DNA of 64,000 nucleotides from Zygnema circumcarinatum SAG 698-1b. Lineage: Eukaryota > Plantae > Zygnematophyceae. This document shows, piece after piece, positions 46,401 through 57,300 of this stretch. The DNA lies in the NCBI GenBank assembly GCA_037447605.1, contig CM074806.1:2604001-2668000 (forward strand), in the 5' to 3' direction. The notes beneath the pieces are model-generated. The model ran no database searches. It had not been told where the DNA came from and worked only from the letters and a program-made list of their open reading frames with translations. A program made the position numbers and the translations under genes. Each line of letters begins with the position of its first letter. The stretch's first letter is position 1.

Positions 46401-46499
46401 AGCTTGGCCTACCGGAGCACCTTCCAAGGCTGCTACTCGCGGCGGTGCAGTCAGAGCAACGGCACGTTTTCTTACGACAAAGAGTCCAGCAAGTGTTAG
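43477..46499 (+). CDS. PNGase A family, copy 2, 8 exons, signal peptide (10-N gap at 44401-44410 lies in an intron)
   Basis: Same motif series and intron positions as copy 1: EWELVVLTWS...GVQFDRVGDVYLD; DEFYWGN; GVFRETQAYLDG; WFVDAILHLWLD; GCYSRRCSQSNGTFSYDKESSKC*. Confidence 0.93.
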
Positions 46500-46852
46500 C
46501 AGATATGAGCATTGAAAATTTTGGAAGGGGCAACTTTGCAAGCTTTCAAACCGGCGTTTCATAGAACCAGACATGAGATTTCGCCCCTGCTAGAAGTCCT
46601 GAATGCGAATTAGCACGATCGGACTGCGGAATGAAAGTTTTGAATGCTAAGAAATAAAAATGTTCTACATACATACTTCTGCACATGCATAGACAAGCTT
46701 TTAGAGAGGAAATGAAAGAAATTTGTATTTCAGGACTGTTGATGTCGAAGATACAACAGAGCGGAGCAGCGACGTGACATCAGAAGTCGATCCTTAGGCT
46801 CAAGTGAAGGTCCTCAGGCTGCGCCTTCTTCCTTTTCCTTCCTTCCTCGCGG

Positions 46853-46892
46853 GTACATTTGACGGCATCATCGCCGTCGTGAGTCCAATGCC
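46853..46892 (+). mobile_element. Diverged fragment of SINE-like repeat (copy I)
   Basis: GTACATTTGACGGCATCATCGCCGTCGTGAGTCCAATGCC matches the family core. Confidence 0.5.
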
Positions 46893-47399
46893 GCATCTCT
46901 GTCGTCCTCAAGATCTATCTCAGATTCCTGTCGCCTCTCTGGCTCTCTGTCAAAAGCCAATCAAATAGAATTAGGGCGGGTCAGACTTAGTCCGGAGGGT
47001 ACTAAATTCCCGAATTTAAGGCCCAATAACCACGCCCAAGCTCAGGGCCTCTGGAGACCGATGAATTGCAAATTAAGCACTCCGCCAGTAGAAGCGAACG
47101 CAGTGAGCGCCGCGCGAGCCAGTTCGCTTATAAAATCGTGCCGCGCCTTGTCGCCATGCGCGTCACGCACGTGGTGCCGCCTCTCCACCGCCGCCCGGAC
47201 GCCGCGACCCGCCGCTGCGCAGAGCAGCGTTTTAGGGCTGCTCAGATTTATAGTTTCTTTCCCCCCCCTCCACCAGCTCCTTCCTTGCGGCAACCGCGTC
47301 CTCACGGACTTCATCAGCACCACTGGAGAGTGGTGAGCGAAGACGCCAAGGCGAAGAGGTAGATAAGCGTAAACTAAGCTAAGGTAAGCTAAGGTAAAG

Positions 47400-47687
47400 C
47401 TCACTCTCCTCGTTTATTCTCTCCGTCCCTCTATCTCCCTTTCTCCCCTCTTCCTCGCTGTCTTCCTCTCAAACTCTCTCTCCCCCCTCCATTATTGTCT
47501 TTCTCCCATTTTTCACTTGCCTGCTGCTGTTTCTCTTCCTCACTTAGTCTACCTGGCTGTATCTTGGCCTTGTCACCCACTCTACTCCCCTTTGTTGCTT
47601 CTTTGTCTCTCCCTCTTTGTTTCTGCCTCACTGTCTCTCTTGTTGTCTCTCCCTCCCTCCCCCTCACCTCTCTTTGTGCCATCTCTC

Positions 47688-47727
<40 letters not shown>

Positions 47728-48600
47728 CTCCCTATAGTGTCTCTCTCCAGTCGACGTGTTTCTATCTTCCATCTCCCCTCTCTCATGTCGTCCACCTCCA
47801 TGTTCCCTCTCTCCCTCTCCCTCTTTTCTGGGAGGAGGGGAGGGAAGGAAGGGGTCTCTCTATGGGAAGCGAGGGGGTCTCGATCTCTCTTTTGCAGTTT
47901 ATGTCCCTCTCTCTTTCTCTCTCTTCTGCTGCTGTTTCCTTTCCCTCCCCAGTCCTCTCCCCACGACCTTGTTATCTCTCCCTCCCAGTCCCTCTTTTAT
48001 CCCTCGCCTCACTTTCAACGAGACCCTTTCACACTCTCTGACCCTCCCTCCCCTACTCCTTGCCTCTCTTTCTCTCTGCCTCTCCCCCCTCTTTGTGCAC
48101 TCTCTCTTTCTCACATTCGTTGTTGTAACTTCCCCCCCCGTCCCTCACCCGCTTCCTCTTTTCTCCTTATGCTAGCCTGGCTGCGTTTGACTCTTTTTTT
48201 CATTCTCTTCGCAAGTTGGTGTTTGGAAACTCTTTTTGAACGGCCGGCTTGCAGATAGATAGATCTGTCAATCTGGGAAGATTATCCATATAGACGTCAG
48301 TCTGTCTTGCCACCTACGACCCTTTTTTTTGCTTGTCTCTCTCAATGTTTGTCTTTGTGTGCTCACTTGCTCCCTCCCTCCACTCTCTCCCCCTCTCACC
48401 ATTCATTCTCTATTTCCGCTCTGCCCCCTTGCCTCCCATTCCCCCTCCCCCCCTTCCCCGTTAAATCCTGTGCCTCCTAACCAGCATTTGTAATGTTATC
48501 AACATAATAGGTTTGTTGTCTCTCTGCAACCAAAGCTCCCACTCTCTCTGTCTCTCTCTCTCCCTCTCCCTCTTTCCCTCTTTGCCCACACGTCAATCGT
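47400..48600. repeat. Homopyrimidine-biased low-complexity tract (CT/CCT-rich), about 1.2 kb
   Basis: Read directly. Confidence 0.9.
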
Positions 48601-48677
48601 TCACTTCTAATATATTTTTGTATTGTTGTTGTCTTAGTTACACCTCTATCAACTTGTTTCTCCTAAGTCTGATGCAG

Positions 48678-49570
48678 ATTATGGTAAAGGAGCATTGCCT
48701 CGTGCCAACATAAGTTTAGGGCCTGTTATCGACTCTATGGGTCGGAAGAAGTTGAAGGCGTTGGAAACGGACCGGGTTGTAAATAGTGAAGGCGTAACAA
48801 TTGGCACGGGCGATTCAGTTGAGAAAGAAGACAATGAAGGAGAAAGTACAGAAAAAGAAGGTGAAGGAGGAGTAGGGTTTGAGTGGGAGAGTTACGAAAC
48901 TGAGTGCTTTGTAGAGGGGGAGAGGACAGGCAAAGGTGATAGAGAAGAGGAACCAATTTTTGAAAAGTCACCTCAACGAGGAAAAAGGGTTTTTTCAAGG
49001 ACAGAAAATGTTCCTGTAGAGTTGGTGGGTGGGTGTAAAAGAAGAGGAAAAGAAGATCACACAAAGAACGAGCAGTCTCAAAGTGGTAACGCATCAGCAA
49101 ATGTTATCCAGTGCCCTCGCAATCACCAAAAAGATATGCGAAAAGCTCCGCCAAGGTTAGACGATCGCTCTGAAAAGGTATGAAAAAGACTTTTAGGTTG
49201 TTGTTTTTGTTTGTTATAGTGTTGTCATCTTTGCGCAATACTGAGCATGCATTACGCTCCTCCCATAAATGTGCAGGTAAAATACAAAATGATGGTTTGT
49301 TTGGAATCTATTGCACGACTGCAATCAGAACACGTACAGATAGAACGACAAAGAGCCGAGTGGCAGGAAGTGAAAGTGGAGATGAAACGACAAAAAGTGG
49401 AGATAGAACGGCAAAAATTCGAGTGGGAGAAAGAGAAATGGGAGCAGACCGAGGCACGGCGAACTCAAGAGCAAGAAAAAGATCGCAAATTACGCTTTAT
49501 TGAAGCAGTCTTAAAAAACCAATCAATGTCAGAAGATGCGATAATTCGCATTTGGGATCGTTTACAGTAA
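48678..49570 (+). CDS. Acidic / coiled-coil ORF inside the putative transposon (exons 48678-49177, 49277-49570; upstream exon unresolved)
   Basis: GT-AG intron in phase 0. The C-terminus ...VKVEMKRQKVEIERQKFEWEKEKWEQ...IIRIWDRLQ* resembles Harbinger ORF1 / NAM-associated tails (inference). Confidence 0.45.
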
Positions 49571-51365
49571 CATATGGGAGTATTCACGAAAGCGTGTGCA
49601 CAGTTTCAATGATTCTAGTATTTATTAAGTTAAGAACAAATGGCGGAAGTTTTTGAAATGACATATGGCTTCTGTTATGTGCATAAGAAGTGTTTGTATA
49701 TATATGTTTGTGTTTGTGTTAATGTATGTTTTCATAAGAAGAAAGAGAGATGATAGTATTTGTTAATGCTAAAAAGAAGATTTGGAAATGTTTTTTCAAT
49801 CTTGTCAATTGAAACAAATATGGGTTTTTAGTGTTTGATCACAATGCCAATGCATGTTTGAAAATAGTGAACTTTGTTTGAACCCTTCTGGCTATCGTAA
49901 TTTTCTTGTTACTAATTCCTAGTATTATGAATCGGTAAATGTTCATGATGAATGTTGCATGATTGATAACAAAACATTGTTGTTTGACTCGCTCGCAAAT
50001 TTGGCCATGTGTCAAGTCTGAACCGCCCTAATTAAACAAGCACTTCACTGTCTCAGATTACAGTACACGAAAATGCAATCTCAGATCTTCTCTAATCACT
50101 CATCCTCAAACTTCTCGAATCGCAAATGCAAAGGCTGTGGCATTGATCTCAAATTGCAATTCGTAGGTCGCAACATCGCAGCTCGAGGATAGCAGCACTC
50201 CGCATATCTGGCACTGCCGGTTGCAATCTGAGATCCTCTCTAGATCCTCTTTAGATCCTCTCTAGATCCTAAGGATCCCGTTTGAGTTTTGCTGCACGAC
50301 GCCGCCTCCTCCCATTGGCCCGCGCAGCGTTAGAAATCAGATTCGAATCGGATGCTGAGTGCGTGGCGATTCGTTGCGGATCTGTGTGGTCCACAGCTGT
50401 CGCATGCAGGCAGCTGTCTGTGCGCCACGTGGCGGTCCATGGTCGGTGCCCCGCTTCGATGCGCAATTACTGGGAGCGTGAGTTGCGGCGTGACAATGCG
50501 GTGTCTTCGAGGAAGTTGCCGACCCGAGTTCGAACCCTCCGACCGACAGAAGTACAATTGCACCGCAAACATGGATTCCTGTAAGGTGCCTCAAGTAGTC
50601 AAGTGCCCAAATTTCCCCCTGGAGAGTTTTTCCCGCTCATTACCGCATGTAGCAGAATTAGTAGGAGAAGACCGAGTCGTGCCTTTGCGCAGCGAAAATT
50701 AGGAGATGGGATGAAGGGAAAACAAGAGGGAAAAAGCAAACACATACACACAACATAACTTACATGATGTTACAAAGTCGTCTTCAACTCAACAGTGTGC
50801 AGTGGAGCATCCTTATTCAAGGGCAAGAAGTAAAGTGACATTTGTAGAGTGAAGGCGCTGCGGGCCTCCTTCCCAAATCCAAGCACCTGGAAACTCCATG
50901 CATCTGTTTGGCCATTGGTGGTAGGGGTCAAAATGGTCTGTCTTCGGGGGAAAGATTGATTCCCAGCAGTGTGTTGATGAAAATGACGAGTGAAATGGGA
51001 GCCACGATTGTCGAGTGCATTGCCCCCCTCATCGTACACTAACCCCAACATACAATGCGCCTTTCTTAAGTACACTTTTGCAAATCCTGGCATTTTTTTG
51101 GTCTATAAATGGAGAGAAAAAGTCATGACCACCTGCTTCTGGCAATCAACTTTTTGCAGACGGATCAAAGCGACTCTTATGATGTGCTGAAGGTGACAAT
51201 GCCACATGCAATAGAATCCACCGCTGTTATTGTATTTGAAATTGACAAAAGTCCGCCCTGAAGCATTTTGTCGATCGTCCTCAAAACCGCCTTGTTCTGG
51301 CTGGTCCTTAGGATGACCTCCCTCTATTATTTTGTTTAAAACAAAAAAAGACTAGCCAACAATTC

Positions 51366-54300
51366 TCATTTGTAACCAACCGGGCTGCTAAAGAGGCCTC
51401 GTTTTTTAAACGCTCGCCCTAAACAGGAGCTCTCCTTCAAATTTAGAAAAGTCTGAACTCCTTCACTCGCGCCCCCCCCCCCGTGCGGAGGCAGGCAGGC
51501 CGCCAGCTGTGCGCATAGCGCTCTGAGGTCCGGAGAGGAGTCAAGCCGCGCCGCGCTCCGCACTGTGAGAGCGACCTCCGGAAGGCAAGGAAGGAGTTCC
51601 GCCACAACGGAATCATGGCTCGCTAACAACGCAGTCAGGAGCTTACCACCGGCAAGGCGCTCCTGCAGAAGGGGCGAGAGAGAGGGAGAGACCAAGAGAG
51701 AGAGAGGGAGAGAGTGAGTGAGCGGAGGGGGGAGAGAGGGAGAGTGGAGAGATTGTAGAGTTTTTAGGCATTCAAGGGTGTGTGAAGTTTCTTATTGAGC
51801 ACCCAAATGCGTGACCCGTTTCCTGTAGTGAAGGGGGCGGGAGGACGGACCGAGTTGGAACGTCGGCTCCTTATGGCGGCCACTGCGAGGGAGAGAAGGT
51901 CCGCCGCGTGCGGGAGCATGGCGGGTGCAGGAAGGCGGTGCGCGGAGATGAAAAGAACTTGCAAACACGCACTCCGAATCTTCTCCTCTCTAGCACACTG
52001 AAATTCTCAGGAAGTTAACATATGGGAAAACTCAGTAATTTCAGTTACGGTGTTCAAATAATCAGAGGGAGAGGGAGAGGGAGAGGGAGAGGGAGAGGGA
52101 GAGGGAGAGGGAGACGGAGAGGGAGAGGGAGAGGGAGAGGAGGGAGGGAGAGGGAGGGAGAGGGAGAGGGAGAGGGAGAGGGAGAGGGAGAGGGAGAGGG
52201 AGAGGGAGAGGGAGAGGGAGAGGGAGAGAGGGAGAGGGAGGGAGAGGGAGAGGGGGAGGGGGAGAGGGAGAGAGGGAGAGTGGGAGAGAGAGAGGGAGAG
52301 AGGGAGCGAGGGAGAAGTGGGGAAGAGAGAGTGGGAGGAACAACGTAACAGAGTGGGCTTAATCAGACAAACAAACCCGGGAACAGGAGAGAGCACAAGA
52401 GAAAGTAACAGTGAGGGAGAATCGCAGAGAGGGTGACGGAAGAGACGGAAGAAGACGGAAGAGGGGGAAGTGTGAGAGTGGGAGGGAGAGTGAGGGAGGG
52501 AGGGAAGGGGAGCACCTCGGCAGCTCTCATAAGGGGAGGGACAATTCTGCGAGCGAGAATTTGTTGGGCAGACGGTGAAGCCTTTTGATTGGCGCTGATG
52601 AGCACATTTGCCATACACATTTGGAAGGACAAAGGAGCTGTTTCCAAGTCGCAAATGAACGGAATATTAGGAGGGTCGTCTGTCAAACATGTGATTACCG
52701 CCGCCAGAATATCTTCCGAGTGGTGCGAAAGATCTGTACATTGAAGGCCACAAAAAAACCTCAAATTTGCTTAAAACTCTTTAAATGGAAAAAACTTAAA
52801 TTAGCGAGAAAAGAAAAGGAGAAAAGGAAACGAGTTCCCTTAAATGGGAAAATCTATCTCCGGTAAACAACAGCCCACCTTTTTCAAGCTCCACTTCTTC
52901 GATCAAAGGCCTCCTCCGCTCTCTCTCCTTCTCTCCGCCCTCCACTCTCCTCCCACTTCTGCCTTCGTCTCCCTCATCCAACTCCGAACATTCGACTGCA
53001 TTTTCTTCCGCTCTGCCTGTCAAGCCGATTTCCTTTACTCCCGTTTCCCTGACAGACTCAGAAAATGCCCCCTCCTGTTTTAGCTCCTCTCCTTCACATA
53101 CCCTTCCCCCTCCCTCCTCCCTCTCCTCTCCCAACTCAACAATCAATGGAGATCGTCTAACAGCAGAATCCTCCTGACCTTGCTTTCCATAGAAACCCTC
53201 TCGCAACACCTCCCTATCTTCTCTTCTCCCTTCCGCAGACCCTCTCTGTGGTGAATTTCTGCTATTTTCTGCTCTCATAGAATGATGATCCGTTCCCTTG
53301 CCCAGCGCGTCCCTCTCCTGCTTCTCCTCTACTTCAACGGAGTTCGGAGCAGTTCCGTTTTCCATGCGAAAATCTGATGATTTCACATTCCCCAAAAGTT
53401 CGGTTCGGATCATTATCGCCAAGCAGTCGATACAGCCGTGCTGTAATTTCGCCAATTCTGCACAATGTCTCCAACAGAAACCCTAAGAACCCTAAAGTCT
53501 TCAAAATCCTCTCGAGCCTGAACCCTAAAGCCCCAAGCAAACATTAATACAAAGGAACAGCAAACCAAAACCTTCCATCTGGTAGCCCAATTGGGACATT
53601 ATCTGTCGCAAAGCAGAGAAAAGGCATTCCAGATTGAAGTATAGAACCTCTCAAGGGCCCAACAAAGCTCCCTGAACCCCCACTCTCCCCTCCCCCCTAC
53701 CAAAGCCTGCCCAGTGTCCAGGTCATGCAGAGCTTCACACCTGTGGTAGCCTCCCACTCCCCCTCCCTCTCCCTCTCCCTCTCTCCCGGGGGAGGGCACG
53801 GCCGCAGAAGTGAGAGAGAGATCTGAGCTCGAATTCGACCCATCCACGGCTCCATGAGAGCCTCCCTCTCCCGCACCTGCGGGAGGAGAGCGGCGTTGAG
53901 AGCAGCAGAGGGTGGGAGAAGAAGCCGCTTCTTCAGAGCTGCGGCGTATTATGGAAAGTAAAGTCCGCAAAGTTTTGCAAGTCGTAGGATTCTAGGGGGT
54001 ATAGGTTTTTCGAGTGCTGTCAAAGATTTTTCTTTCTAATCATTCAGGGTTGCTCATATCCCCATCACCACGCTTCCCCCTCTCTTCCCACAACTCTCTT
54101 CCCTACCCTCCCCTCCCTTCTCTCCCCCTTCCTCCTCCCCCCCTCCCCCCCCCCCCTCCCGCATCTTTCTCTCCCTCTCGTTCTCTCCCTCTCGTTCTCT
54201 CCCTCTCTCCCTCCCTCCCTCCCTCCCCCACACCAACCATGAGAGAGGTGCATATGGTGAAGAGGAGCGCCTTGGCCTTGAGGTCATCCATGGCGGCCAC

Positions 54301-57300
54301 CGCGCCCTCCAGCTCCGCCGCCATGCGCGGCAGCAGCACCTGCCGGGGGGGAGGAATTAGGGTTTAGGGAGAAAGGAAGCAAGGGTTTAGGGTTTTAGAT
54401 CGAGTCTGTCGGTTTACGAGTTTTTTAATCTTTAGGGCCTTGCGAGCTGGTAGGGATTAATGGAGTGGAATTGGAATTTAGTTTTTATGCCTTTGGGGCT
54501 TTACGTTACGCACCTGAGGTAACATTCTTCCCAAAAGCTCCGCCGCAAGTTTTCGAATGCTTTCAAACTCCAACACGCCGCAGACTCTGCCAGAAAGAAA
54601 GTGTTCGCATAAGGAAAAACCAAAAAAAAAAAAAAAAAAAAAAGTTCCCCAAAGTAAACTAATGGCTCTAAGCATTAGGAAGAAGTTTCCAACATCCGCG
54701 AATAAAGGAAGGCAGAAACCAAAATGAAGTTTAATCAGTCCTGCCTTAGCCCTGCTTTCAGGAGGCAGAGAGCCATTCAAACACTAACGACCGGATTGCA
54801 GGTAAGGAACCCTTAATTTAGGGTGAGCGATCGATCTTACCTTTCCAAAAGGAGATCGAATATGGAGTCTGCAGCTTTTTCTGCCCCTCCATTACCTCTT
54901 GGCCCATAGAGCCAAACATTTTCCGCGGCAGAAAAGACGGAAAGCGGCAAAACTTTGAGCACAAGGAGGGGGCTGAGCCGCGAAAATGTCTCCCTCGCTA
55001 ACGGACTGGTGGGCATGGAGCCCTGCCACGTGGCGCCCTCTGATTCGGTAGCAGAGAGGTTCAACAGCTCTTCTTCTGAGAGGCTGCAGACAAAGCGTAG
55101 AGGGCAAGTCAGGATTTGGAAGTTGTCAGAATAGAGGGTTTAGGGTTTTACATTTTAGGGTTCTGCTTGAGCTTCTGTCAGAGGGGAGGAAGAGAGGGAG
55201 GGGGAGGAAGGAGAGATGGGATCGACAAGGGAGAGAGTGAGGGAGGAAGAGGGAAGGAAAGTGGAAAATGGTGTAAACAAAATAGAAATAGGACAGAAAA
55301 ATTGGCCCTCACTTTCGCTGAGCAGCCATTTGTGCAGCGACACGTGGCAGAACCAGATGGGCTCTCTCTGCTAACTGCCTGCTGATCTTGCTGAGGACAG
55401 CTGGCAGCACGGGATTGGCTGGATCAAGCCACATCCGATTCAGCAGAAGGTCCACAACTGCCGGCCAATCACCATCTGCCACCTGGACATGTGCCAGCAC
55501 AACGGCACCGTCAAAACTTTCCCAGACAGAGTTAGATTTCAGAAAAAAAGGCAAATATTTGAAGAGGGGGGAGGAAGAGCCAAAATTTTCACACTCAGAG
55601 CTGGCAATAGATAGGGCGAAAGTTTTATGCCTCACCCGCTCTGCCCAATGAGGAAGCAGCCCTGTGACCCGCTCCAAACTGTTCCCTGCGCACCACCGTT
55701 CCGTTCCGTTAGAGGGAAAACCAAAACCGTTCCGTTAGGGTTCCTGAATCCTTCTTTCCAGAACTGTCCTTCCTTTCCATTCCCTCTCTTTCAAAGTTCT
55801 GAGGTTTGATTTTCTGCGATTCAAATGATGTCATCTTTTGAAGATTTATGCATTTTAGATTTTTCCACCCCCCCCCCTTTTTTTTTAAGGGTTTCAGGTT
55901 TGGGCGATAATAAGGGTTCGGACGTCGGTAGAGCCCCTACCGCTGGAGGGAGACCGTACAGAGTGAGAATCTCCTCCCTCTGCAGAGAGACTCTGTGACC
56001 TGCGAGCCCGCTTACCCCCCAAACTTCACATTGAATACACATCACTTTTGACATGTTACATAGCCATCACTTACATTGCTTGCTGTGCAGTTTTATGAGG
56101 AGAAAAACCTTCAAAAAGATTTCCTCCTGCAATTTAAAACCGACGAGTACTACCTTCAAACGTCCTCCCCACTCTCTCCTTCAAAGTTCAGATTCAAACT
56201 CAGAAGGAGTTGCGGGAATTGGTTCTCACTGTAAAGCATCCAAAAGTGTGCTCAGAAGCTGACACGTGTCAGGATGCTCCTTGAACAGAACTGAGAGCGC
56301 GTTCGTTGCAGCGGAACGGACCCTTCCGTCGTCCGCATGGAGCAGGGGCAGGAGGGAGGGCAGGACGAGGGGGGGGTCTGCACCACTATGAGACTTGCTT
56401 CAGAGTGTGCTTCAGAGTGTAGTGTTCCACAACTTTTAGGGGTTACAAACTTTCCAAATCGCGGAGTTCTAGGGATTAGGGTTGCCTTACATTTGGAGTT
56501 TGTGTTGCGGAGAGACTCCAGATATTCAGTGCATTGAAGTTTTAACATTTCTCAAGGTTTCCAAAGGCGAGTGAGTGTACATGGTCTGGTAAGTTCCATG
56601 TTAGTCGTAGGACGACAAGAAAGGAAAGAGAAGGGGGCAGAGGCGAAAGAGAGCGTCTGGGAGAGAGATGGACCCCTTCAACGCGAGGAGGGAGGGAGAG
56701 GGAGGACAGGNNNNNNNNNNNNNNNNNNNNNNNNNNNNNNNNNNNNNNNNNNNNNNNNNNNNNNNNNNNNNNNNNNNNNNNNNNNNNNNNNNNNNNNNNN
56801 NNNNNNNNNNATACTGACCCGCCGAAGGCAGAAGTCCTGAAAGCTCTAAGACAATAAACCCTCGCTTGGAGAAGCAAACAATTGCACCTTTCGTATCAAG
56901 TTGATGCATCAGTTTGGGTTTCAGATGCATCACATGTTCAGTCAGCAAAGCATTACAAGTATATCCGCACCCGCTTGATCATATCAAGTGGAGGTGCATC
57001 TGCATCCCCCGATTAGGGCGGCTCCATGGGCCACGGGGAGAGGTCCTCTACCGTTCTGGTTCTGTTCTACGGAATCACGAAACTCCGCCATGGATTGCAG
57101 TCGAAGGAGCACTTGCTTGAGCCCGTCCGCGTACAGAGCACGCTCTCCTTCGTTCCACTGCTTGACAATTCATCTCCGTCACCTCAAAGTAACTTTAGAA
57201 TAAATACTTCACTGCTGCCTGTTTCACATGCCTATATCACTCAGAAATGGGTGGTGAAGACTCAACCCTAAAACTATCCTAAGCCCTCTTTGAAGTCAAC

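Larger units (their letters stand above)
46974..50028 (+). mobile_element. Putative non-autonomous DNA transposon (~3.05 kb) with 15-bp TIRs (14/15 match), PIF/Harbinger-like or Sola-like, containing a spliced coiled-coil ORF remnant and a 1.2-kb CT-rich tract
   Basis: GGGCGGGTCAGACTT (46974-46988) pairs with AAGTCTGAACCGCCC (50014-50028). Flanks are TTA/TAA, or a perfect AATT duplication if the ends are taken one base further out. No DDE ORF seen. Confidence 0.6.

Noticed and set aside
50269-51190. Possible small spliced gene between the TIR element and the ARM gene
   Set aside because: A donor/acceptor pair exists but the peptide is unrecognisable and alternative frames are equally plausible.
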